From Octopus sinensis (lineage: Eukaryota): DNA of 13,972 bases. Each line of letters begins with the position of its first letter. The stretch's first letter is position 1. This document shows positions 1 to 8,720 of this stretch, in pieces. Location of the stretch: the NCBI RefSeq assembly GCF_006345805.1, contig NW_021825935.1, positions 1 to 13,972 of the forward strand. Direction: 5' to 3'. The notes beneath the pieces are model-generated. The model had not been told where the DNA came from. It ran no database searches and saw only the letters and a list, made by a program, of their open reading frames with translations. A program made the translations under genes and the position numbers.

Positions 1-37
1 AGTGATATCTAAAAAAAACATACGAGAATTATGTTTG

Positions 38-40
<3 letters not shown>

Positions 41-72
<32 letters not shown>

Positions 73-110
73 TTATTATTATTATTATTATTTATTATTA
101 TATTATTATT
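41..110. repeat. (TTA)n microsatellite, imperfect
   Basis: Direct reading of ttattattatt... with a few slips. Confidence 0.95.
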
Positions 111-214
111 TTGACCATGAATATTCCATATTCTTCGCGGATAAGAATGTTCTGAAAGTTCAACTCATCAATCGTTAAATTGAAGCACATAAACGTAATA
201 TTTGAGAAAATATG

Positions 215-270
215 CATGTGATTCGAGGGAATTCGGCTACTGTTTTTAGCCGATCGATGGACCGCACAGA
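215..270 (+). mobile_element. Fragment of unclassified dispersed repeat D (3' part)
   Basis: GTGATTCGAGGGAATTCGGCTACTGTTTTTAGCCGATCGA resembles 579-643 and 13641-13690 in this window. Confidence 0.5.
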
Positions 271-466
271 AACTTCGTATCAGTTGGTGTCAAAAAAATG
301 AGTCAATAATGTCGTACTGCGCACCATAAACAAGGAGCAAGCTTATGACGAACCCCCAGTTCGTGAGCAGAGTTCGCTCCTCGGTAAATTCGTCCACGCA
401 GTCATTGTTGTTGGGGTATTTCTTTTATCATCTCAGTAATGGGTAACTAATTGTAACCATTTATCT

Positions 467-643
467 TTAGATTACACATCCAAGTAGCCCTGATTAAGTA
501 CTCAAACCATAACTATCTCTTCAATTTTCTCAGAGATTGGATGATATAATCCAATGTATGATTGCATTTTTAAGAGAATGATTGTAGGGAAATTTAACTG
601 CTATTTCATGCAATTCGAGAGACAACGTACAGATTCCCTTATT
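467..643 (+). mobile_element. Degenerate copy of unclassified dispersed repeat D
   Basis: Shares AGCCCTGAT near its start and GA(A/G)ATTTAACTGC(T/C)ATTTC near its end, in the same order, with 13486-13690. Confidence 0.55.
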
Positions 644-751
644 TAGAAATCTACTGGGAAGGGGGAGAGCTGTTGAAGATAGACAAACTGATGCAAAAGA
701 TAAAGAACAGCAGTTAGATGCTTCACAAAATATCGATTTCGGCATCGCTCG

Positions 752-812
752 ATTGTGAGTTCAAATCCAGACATCATTGATTTTGTCTTTCAGCCTGGCG
801 GGGTCGATAATA
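752..812 (+). mobile_element. Degenerate SINE-A fragment (B-box region)
   Basis: GAGTTCAAATCC...TTTGTCTTTCAGCC..CGGGGTCGATAA aligns by eye with 11871-11925. Confidence 0.7.
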
Positions 813-1123
813 TGTGTGCCTAAACGGACTTTGTACACATGAGATTAATCAATAATTAAGGAAGGGTTCCGTCGTTTGATTTTGACGCTTTCCAAGGATA
901 ATACTGGTATACATCATTACTGGTATACGAACAGACAGATTCATAAGACTTAAGATGGACGAAATTTGGACTTGAAAACGAATAATCAATCGCAAAGACT
1001 AATGACATTAGAAATTGTGCAAGTGGTGGTGGTGGTGGGGTGGGGTACAATTGTGTTAACTATATTAATTAGTCGAATAATGATAATGACTATGAGTACG
1101 ATGATTATTTATAATAATGAGCA

Positions 1124-1319
1124 TAGGAGCAGAATTGGCTGTGTCCTTAAAAAGCTCGCTTTTGCATATAGGTGGGGGTCAGGTTTCAGTCTCACTTCGC
1201 GGCAGTAGATTAGGTTAGTGTCTCTTCTACTATAAGCTTGGACCGATCAATACCTTGTGAGTGAATTTGGTAGACAGAAACTGTGTGGAAGCCTGTCGTA
1301 TACACACACACACACACAC

Positions 1320-1352
<33 letters not shown>

Positions 1353-1650
1353 TGTATGTATGTATGTATGTATGTATGTATGTATGTATGTATGTATGTA
1401 TGTATGCATGTATATATGTGCATGCGTTTATTTGTGTTTGTGCTTGTTCACCTATCATGGCTTACCAACCGGCATCTGTTTGTTTACGTCCCCATAACAT
1501 AGCAGTTCGGCAAAAGTATCCGATAGAATAAATGCCAAACTTACAAAATAAATAGATAAATAAATAAAATATAAAAGAACTTTGCAAAGCGGAACTCTAG
1601 TATGGCCGCAGTCCAATGACTGAAAGGCTAAAAAGACGAAGATAAAAAAA
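1124..1650 (+). mobile_element. SINE-B, full length, with internal (CA)n(TATG)n tract
   Basis: tRNA-like head (TTGGCTGTGT, GGTTTCAGTCTC), then CTTCTACTAT...CTTGTGAGTGAATTTGGTAGACAGAAA, a microsatellite, TGTTTACGTCCCCATAAC...CCGATAGAATA and tail TATGGCCGCAGTCCAATGACTGAAA. Colinear with 10270-10675. Confidence 0.9.
1299..1412. repeat. (CA)n + (TATG)n microsatellite inside SINE-B
   Basis: Direct reading. Confidence 0.95.
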
Positions 1651-1767
1651 AATAAAGCGAGAAGATATACTATACATTTGTTGTTGCGGATTGTTTAAAT
1701 AAGAAGACGACCCTCCAATGATTCTGCTAAACCACTTGACTAGACATATCACTGCCAATAATGGTTT

Positions 1768-1905
1768 CATCAACCCCAGTGTCAAACTCGTACTTACTCT
1801 ATTGACCCCGAAAGCATGAATGGCAAAGTCGATCTAGGGGAATTTAAACGTGCAGACGGACGAAATGCCGCTAAGCATTTTGTCCGGTCTGCTAACAATT
1901 CCGCC
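1768..1905 (-). mobile_element. SINE-A copy, 3'-truncated, head partly deleted
   Basis: GACCCCGAAAGCATGAATGGCAAAGTCGA...GAATTTAAAC...ACGAAATGCCGCTAAGCATTTTGTCCGG matches the reverse complement of 11798-11930. Confidence 0.85.
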
Positions 1906-1912
1906 TTTCAGT

Positions 1913-2136
1913 TGATAATATTGGTTTCAAATTTTGGCACAAAGCCAGTAGTTTCGGGGGAGGGGGTAAATCGATTATATCGATCCCAGTGTCCTGCTAG
2001 TACTTGTCTTATCGAACCCAAAAGGATGAAAGGCAATTTCAATTTCGGCGGAATTTGAACTTAGAACATAAAGACCGACGAAATGCCGTTAAGTATTTTG
2101 CCTGGCGTGCTAACGATTCTGCCAGCTCACCGTCTT
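1913..2136 (-). mobile_element. SINE-A copy, full length (3' end type ...GTGCCAAAATTTGAAACCAATATTA)
   Basis: Colinear with the reverse complement of 11798-12021 over the whole length, including the B-box-like GTTCAAATTC. Confidence 0.92.
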
Positions 2137-2164
2137 TCAGCCAATTACAGTGACCTCAGTATAT

Positions 2165-2245
2165 AACAGGTATAGTATTTTACGGACCCCTGAAAGAAGA
2201 AAGGAAATGTTGACCTCGACAGGAATTGAACTCAAGGACGTAAAC
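2165..2245 (-). mobile_element. Degenerate SINE-A fragment
   Basis: GACCCCTGAAAGAAGAAAGG..ATGTTGACCTCGACAGGAATTGAACTCA. Confidence 0.7.
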
Positions 2246-2344
2246 GCCCGCATATAAATACCTAAATTGCCCCTAGTAATTCTGCCATGCCGGTGCTTTT
2301 TAAAATTATTTGTATTATATACAGAAAATGGCAGAAATTTAATG

Positions 2345-2520
2345 GGACGGAAAAACAGCCGATTAGTATCGACGCCATTTTTTTTGCTGGTACTTTATTA
2401 TATCGACCGTGAAAGATGAAAGACGGAGCCGTTCTCGGTGGGATTTGGACCCCGGACCGTAAAAATAATCGAAAGAAATACCTCAGCCTTCTAATGATTC
2501 TGCCACTCCACTCCACCGCC
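2345..2520 (-). mobile_element. Old, degenerate SINE-A copy
   Basis: CTGGTACTTTATT..ATCGACC.TGAAAGATGAAAG...GGGATTTGGAC...GAAATACC...CTAATGATTCTGCCA...CCGCC in the same order as other copies. Confidence 0.65.
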
Positions 2521-2608
2521 TCTTATAATGATGAGGATTGTTTTATAATATTAATAATAGTTATGAACAAATTCATGCGTTGAACTTTTGGTGAATGTGG
2601 TATAAAGC

Positions 2609-2647
<39 letters not shown>

Positions 2648-2698
2648 CATGTATATATATGACATGTGTATGTGTATGTATATATATGTATATGTGCA
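2609..2698. repeat. Compound (AT)n/(GT)n/(TATG) microsatellite
   Basis: Direct reading. Confidence 0.9.
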
Positions 2699-2927
2699 AG
2701 TACACGCCCAATCGAACGCACTCGGGCGTGCGCACGTACAACGTACACTTGCGTACCTCGTTTGCCATATAGGTGGAATTTATAATGCATGTTCACCGCT
2801 GTTTGTTTGTAAGCATACTCGTGTGCATGTGCTCGTTGGTGAGGGTCAGGCAACTTTGCAAGTGCACGTCTTGAATATATTAATGCTAACGTCTGCTTCC
2901 CTTCATGTGAGCATTTATGCAAGTGTC

Positions 2928-3055
2928 TACACACCCACACACCCACACATATACGCACACATACACCCACACACCTACACACAGACAGACAGACAGACAC
3001 ACACGCACACACAAACGCACGTATACACGTATGGATATATACAGATTATATACAT

Positions 3056-3138
<83 letters not shown>

Positions 3139-3201
3139 GTATACATATATATAATGTATATATATATGTGTATAATATATACATATATATAATATATATG
3201 T

Positions 3202-3245
<44 letters not shown>

Positions 3246-3395
3246 ATTCACACGCAGTGTTTATCTCTCCCCTTTATTTATATATATATGTTTATATGTA
3301 TATATCAGTGTATGCATGTATACATATACATACACGCACACACACACAAACTCATATACATACACACACACGTATATTTACGTATCATATACACG
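2928..3395. repeat. Compound (CA)n/(GACA)n/(AT)n microsatellite field
   Basis: Direct reading; accounts for most of the 267-aa ORF 2595-3398. Confidence 0.9.
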
Positions 3396-3451
3396 TAATC
3401 TATCACATTTACAGTTAGTTTGTTGATATTTTACGAATGTTCGAAGCGCAA

Positions 3452-3492
3452 TGGCGGCGGTGGTGGTGGTGGTGATAGCGGTGGTGGTCGTC
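3452..3492. repeat. (GGC)/(GGT)n trinucleotide tract
   Basis: ggcggcggtggtggtggtggtgatagcggtggtggtcg. Confidence 0.85.
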
Positions 3493-3984
3493 GTTCGGTT
3501 TTAGTTTTCTCTCTGTAATACAGCCGGAATCCCAGACAAAGTTTATAGGCTCGGTTTGGTTCGGCTGGCTGTATTTTCATTTGAAATTAGTCGATGGAGA
3601 ATTAATGAGCTGTTATACATAGATTTATTAGGCCCCCCCAACTCATATGTTTCATCGACCAGTAAATTTACAATAATTTGATATTTCGCCCAAGCTTAAA
3701 GAATAAACGAATGCACTTTGGAGGAACTAATTATATTTGTAGCTAGCAATCCTTTCGCCTGATTTCGCTTTATCAGTAGTCCCTGCCGACCCCCAGAACA
3801 TCCTCACAACTGCACCAATTCTTTTTCCTTTCTACCACTGAAAAATCTTCAATCTTTCTTCTTTTTCTTCTTTTTTTTTCTTTACTTTTTCATTTTTTTT
3901 TCACGTTTTTTTCATATATTTCTCTGTTTATATCTCTTGACTCTCTCTTTTTTTATTCGTTTTGTCCATCAGATACAGTTCGTG

Positions 3985-4094
3985 CTCTCTCTCTCTCTCT
4001 CTTTCTCTCACTCTCTCTCTCTCGTTCTCCCTCAATCTGTCATTATCTCTCCCTCTCTGTCTCCAACTCTCTTTCGCTCTCTGACTATGCTTCT

Positions 4095-4155
<61 letters not shown>
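3985..4155. repeat. (CT)n polypyrimidine microsatellite, interrupted
   Basis: Direct reading; the pure (CT)n run spans about 4096-4155. Confidence 0.95.
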
Positions 4156-4162
<7 letters not shown>

Positions 4163-4299
4163 TACGATAAATAGGTCTCGGATTGATATAAACCACTAAT
4201 AATGAAGGTTCTTCTTGCTATTATTGTTATTGTTTTTCGTTGTTTCTTTTTTGTTGTCTTGTATTTGTTCATTTTATTTCTTTGTTTTTTTTTTTTCAG

Positions 4300-4400
4300 A
4301 GGATTCGAGAAGATATTCGGTTGGGAGACTCTACGGCAGTCGGGTTGCACACTTGTGCCTTCTTACCGCTAAACCTGCTGCCGATGTCTTGACTTCATAC
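4300..4400 (+). other. Candidate 101-nt internal exon of an unidentified gene or lncRNA
   Basis: Long T-rich tract ending TTTTTTCAG| at 4299 and donor AC|GTAAGA at 4401. Unique, GC-balanced sequence between simple repeats. One frame stays open (xDSRRYSVGRLYGSRVAHLCLLTAKPAADVLTSY). Protein not recognised. Confidence 0.45.
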
Positions 4401-4416
4401 GTAAGAAAGATGAAAG

Positions 4417-4420
4417 CAGC

Positions 4421-4463
<43 letters not shown>

Positions 4464-4478
4464 GCAACAATAACAACG
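4417..4478. repeat. (ACA)n microsatellite
   Basis: Direct reading. Confidence 0.95.
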
Positions 4479-4649
4479 AAGCAGGGTCGATATGTGTGGG
4501 GTTCGGGTGAAGGATATGTAGGGAGGTGATATAATGGCTGATAGAGAAAGATAGATGAGGGAGAAGCAGAATTATATATCGTGAGAAGACAGACACAAGA
4601 GACGAGAGAGATTAACAAAGATCGACAAAGCGATATAAATAGAAAGGTT

Positions 4650-4678
4650 GATAGACAGATAGATAGACAGATAGGATG

Positions 4679-4744
<66 letters not shown>

Positions 4745-4757
4745 TAGAGAGAGAGAG

Positions 4758-4829
<72 letters not shown>

Positions 4830-4847
4830 ATAGAGAGATAGATAGAG

Positions 4848-4902
<55 letters not shown>

Positions 4903-5035
4903 CAGACAGATAGACAGATAGATAGGTAGACAGGCAGACAGACGGACGGACGGAGGGATAGACGGATATATATTCAGACAGACAGACAGACATACAGACA
5001 AACAGACAGATAGATAGATAGATAGATAGATAGAT

Positions 5036-5094
<59 letters not shown>

Positions 5095-5222
5095 CTGCAT
5101 TTAGTTAGATTGAGAAAGGATGGATTTAAAAAGAGAGAAAGAAAGAACGATAGATAGATAGAGAGCAAGAGAGAGAGAGAAAGTGACAGAGAGAGTGGTG
5201 GGGAGAAAGAGAGAGTGAGAGA
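4650..5222. repeat. Compound (GATA)n/(GA)n/(GACA)n microsatellite field
   Basis: Direct reading. Confidence 0.95.
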
Positions 5223-5708
5223 GCGACAATTTCATATACAGAAACAGGTTGTATGTGCGCAAAAAATTAGTTATAATTAATCAATTTTTAAATATTATAA
5301 AGTTTCTCTTAAAAATGAATTCTGCCACCCACATCTTTTAAAATTGTGTATTTCTCATTTTGTTTTCACGTTTTAATCTTTCTTTTGTTTGGTTTTGATC
5401 AGGTTTGCTATTTTTTTTTTTTAAATTATAATTATTTATTATTTTTTTTTTCAAGTAATAGCCATCTTTTTTTCGTTAATTACGAAACTTCCATAGGTTT
5501 CTGATTTTAAATTTTATTGTTTAATTAAAACAAAATTAAGAAAAAAAAAAGTTGCCACAACAGAAAATAATATTCGTTTTCAAAACGAAAATTATATTGT
5601 TTTAATTAAATAATTTTGTTCGTGATTTTTTTCCCCCATAATAGATGGCATTCCCACAACACACACACAACCGCACGCGCACCCATACATACATACACAC
5701 ATACATAC

Positions 5709-5783
<75 letters not shown>

Positions 5784-5863
5784 ACACACACACACACACA
5801 CACCACACACACATATATATATTATATATATATATATATATGTATGTGTGTATGTGTGTGTGT

Positions 5864-5902
5864 ATCTTTTACTTGTTTCAATCATTGGACTGCAGCCACG
5901 CC
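5864..5902 (-). mobile_element. 3' tip of SINE-B
   Basis: TCTTTTACTTGTTTCAATCATTGGACTGCAGCCA is the reverse complement of the tails at 1601-1630 and 10635-10668. Confidence 0.8.
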
Positions 5903-6052
5903 TCTATGTATGATGTATGTATGTATGTATGTATGTATGTATGTATGTATATATGTAATAAATTAATAAATAAAATATATGCATACATACATACATATAT
6001 GTACGTACCTAGATCTACATGTATATATACATGCATATATAAATATATATAT

Positions 6053-6133
6053 GTGAGTACAGGACACCACAAATAGACGTAGAACTCAACGAGAAACGAA
6101 AACGTAAAAACAAACATGGAAACGGACTTTTTT
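6053..6133. mobile_element. Possible fragment of an unclassified dispersed repeat
   Basis: GTGAGTACAGGACACCACAAA...GAGAAACGAAAAC...AAACGGACTTTTT sits between microsatellites and resembles an Octopus repeat I recall. There is no second copy here to confirm it. Confidence 0.25.
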
Positions 6134-6427
6134 TTATGTATGTATGTATGTATGTATGCATGTATGTATGTATGTATGTATGTACGTGTGTGTATGTATG
6201 TATGTAATGGTGAATAATAATAATAAGAAGAACGCTTTCCAACTTCCTGTTTGGTTATATTCATATATGAGTGTCTATATAGACATTTTGAGCGGGGGAT
6301 GGGGGTGAGAAAGACGAAGAGTTTAAAGCATGGTATGTTTCTCTCCATTCCTTGTGAGTTTTCTCAAAGTTAACTTTGAGAAATTAACGAAGACTGAAAA
6401 CGGTTTTATATAGCTGGTAAGTGGTCA

Positions 6428-6430
<3 letters not shown>

Positions 6431-6477
<47 letters not shown>

Positions 6478-6720
6478 CGATGCATATATGTATGTATATA
6501 CACTTCCCGAAATTTTCAAGTACTTTTAGTATGTGAAAATCTTTGTTCCTATCAACAAGCGCATAATATATGTGTATGCATTTGAGTACACACATATATA
6601 TAATATATATATATATATATTTGTGTGTGCATGTGTGTGCATGTGTATGTGTGTATGTGTGTGTGTGTGTGTGTGCGTGCGTGTGTGTGTACGTGTGTGT
6701 GTGTGTACGTGTGTGTGTGT
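6431..6720. repeat. (AT)n and (GT)n/(GTGC) microsatellites with a short spacer
   Basis: Direct reading. Confidence 0.9.
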
Positions 6721-7060
6721 GAAAATTATCTTAGATGTTCTCAGTGAATAGATTTATATAATTTCAGCTCTTGCCTCAATTAACTAGAATAGTCTTACGT
6801 GCGTTTCCATTATACTCATATTTTATGTTTGTAATTCATATTTTATGCATTCATTGTCTGTGTATTTTTGTGTATCACACACACACACAAACACACACAC
6901 ACACACAAAGCACGTCACATGATTTAAAATAATTCAAAAGCAGAGCAAGGAGATATCTACTGAGGAAACCTATGTTTGAATACATGCTAAACGTTCCACA
7001 AGGAACAACTAAATATGTCTCAAATTTAACGTTATAACTCGTCAAGAAAAATTTCTTGTC

Positions 7061-7061
<1 letters not shown>

Positions 7062-7115
<54 letters not shown>

Positions 7116-7126
7116 TTATATATATA
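7062..7126. repeat. (AT)n microsatellite abutting the 3' end of the SINE array
   Basis: Direct reading. Confidence 0.95.
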
Positions 7127-7701
7127 TATTTCTTTACTACCCCACAAGGGGCTAAACACAGAGAGGACAAACAAGGACGGACAAACGGATTAAGTCGATT
7201 ACATCGACCGCAGTGCGTAACTGGTACTTAATTTATCGACTCCGAAAGGATGAAAGGCTAAGTCGACGTCGGCGGAATTTGAACTGAGATCGTAACGGCA
7301 GACGAAATACCTATTTCTTTACTACCCAAAAGAGGCTAAACACAGAGAGGACAAACAAGGACAGACAAACGAATTATGTCGATTATATCGACCCCAGTGC
7401 GTAACTGGTACTTATTTAATCAACCCCCGAAAGGATGAAAGGCAAAGTCGACCTCGGCGGAATTTGAACTCAGAACGTCACGGCAGACGAAATACCTATT
7501 TCTTTACTACCCACATGGGGCTAAACACAGAGAGGACAAACAAGGACAGACAAACGAATTAAGTCGATTATATCGACTCCAGTGTTTCACTGGTACTTAA
7601 TTTATCGACCCCGAAAGGATGAAAGGCAAAGTCGCCTTCAGCGGAATTTGAACTCAGAACGTAACGGCAGACGAAATACCGCTAAGCATTTCGCCCGGCG
7701 C
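7127..7701 (-). mobile_element. Tandem head-to-tail array of three SINE-A body units (7127-7311, 7312-7496, 7497-7680) plus one partial head (7681-7701)
   Basis: Three ~185-bp repeats, each starting TATTTCTTTACTACCC and ending GGCAGACGAAATACC on the + strand; the last continues into GCTAAGCATTTCGCCCGGCG as in the solitary copy at 9982-10205. Confidence 0.95.
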
Positions 7702-7702
7702 G

Positions 7703-7795
7703 AAATATATATAAACACACACAACACACACACACACACACACACATACACACACACACACACATGTATGCACACACAGACGTACGTACGTACGT
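7703..7795. repeat. (AT)/(CA)n/(ACGT)n microsatellite
   Basis: Direct reading. Confidence 0.9.
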
Positions 7796-8102
7796 TATTG
7801 TCGAATTGAAAGTGTTCTTTTTTTATATTTAAACAGTCTGTCGTGTTACGCCATACGAAAGAGGTCAAACAACAAACGTGTCTTTTTTCTTCTTCTCCCA
7901 GATTCACTGCAGGAATTTAAGAGTCACTGTTAGAAAATAAGGGCTTCTTTTCTCATAGGCTCTCCTCATTGTAGCATTGATATTAGATACACATTAACCT
8001 ATTATTTTGAAAGGATTCAATCCTTATTGCTATTCACTTCGTATTTCGCTCCAGATAGCTATTTATATTTTTTCCGCTTATTTTTTATTTCAGTTTTCGC
8101 TG

Positions 8103-8230
8103 ACACGTACATACTCGCACGCACGCACGCACGCACACACACACCACACACACATACACACACACAGATGGATTGATATAGATAGATAGATACACGTAGT
8201 CATACATACATACATCAATACATACATACA

Positions 8231-8264
<34 letters not shown>

Positions 8265-8284
8265 CATACATACATACGTGTATG

Positions 8285-8332
<48 letters not shown>
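8103..8332. repeat. Compound (CACG)/(CA)/(CATA)n/(AT)n microsatellite
   Basis: Direct reading; lies where the internal tract of the adjacent SINE-B would be. Confidence 0.9.
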
Positions 8333-8334
<2 letters not shown>

Positions 8335-8335
<1 letters not shown>

Positions 8336-8495
8336 CGTGCTTCTTTCAGTTTCCGCCTACCAAATCCACTCACAAGGCTATGTTCGGCCTTAGGCTATAG
8401 TAGAGACACTTGCCCAAGTGCCACACAGTGGGACTTAAACCAGAACCACAATGTTTGTAAGCAAGCTACATACCACACAGCTAATCCTGGCGCCT
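8335..8495 (-). mobile_element. SINE-B, 5' half (tRNA-like head to internal tract)
   Basis: CTTCTTTCAGTTTCCGCCTACCAAATCCACTCACAAGGC...CTATAGTAGAGACACTTGCCCAAG...GTGGGACTTAAACC...TACCACACAGC matches the reverse complement of 10270-10432. Confidence 0.92.
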
Positions 8496-8509
8496 ATTGT
8501 ATGAATGTA

Positions 8510-8550
8510 TGAATGAATGTGGTATGTACGAACGTACGTACCTATGTATG

Positions 8551-8594
<44 letters not shown>

Positions 8595-8630
8595 ATATAT
8601 ATATTATAAGAGAGAGAGAGAGAGAGAGAG

Positions 8631-8694
<64 letters not shown>

Positions 8695-8720
8695 TGTAGA
8701 TAGGTAGACAGATAGATAAT
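8510..8720. repeat. Compound (TATG)/(AT)n/(GA)n/(GATA)n microsatellite
   Basis: Direct reading. Confidence 0.9.

Larger units (their letters stand above)
5658..6206. repeat. Compound (CATA)n/(CA)n/(AT)n/(TATG)n field with short non-repeat inserts
   Basis: Direct reading. Confidence 0.9.

Noticed and set aside
296-412. Minus-strand frame KKYPNNNDCVDEFTEERTLLTNWGFVISLLLVYGAQYDIIDSFF*
   Set aside because: Looks protein-like but is bounded by stops, has a purine-rich weak acceptor and no recognisable homology.
902-928. Direct repeat TACTGGTATAC x2 (16-bp period)
   Set aside because: Ordinary small tandem duplication with no further structure.
1816-2058. 80-aa ORF (also 2262-2516, 7582-7809, 10175-10363, 10712-10990)
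   Set aside because: They lie within SINE or HINE sequence; chance open frames in non-coding elements.
2595-3398. Longest ORF (267 aa) and all other YI/CV/HT/YL/MYVC-rich ORFs in the track
   Set aside because: They are translations of di- and tetranucleotide microsatellites, which lack stop codons; no protein-like content.
6414-6416. 3-nt microexon TTTTATATAG|CTG|GTAAGT
   Set aside because: Donor is good but the acceptor tract is very short; such matches are expected by chance.
7127-7680. Array as a CRISPR array or hammerhead retrozyme
   Set aside because: Units are ~185-bp SINE bodies without unique spacers, in eukaryotic DNA; no CUGANGA core on either strand.
7902-7940. Strong acceptor TCTTTTTTCTTCTTCTCCCAG| as an exon start
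   Set aside because: All three frames stop within 13 codons and no donor is evident; cannot be supported beyond the acceptor itself.
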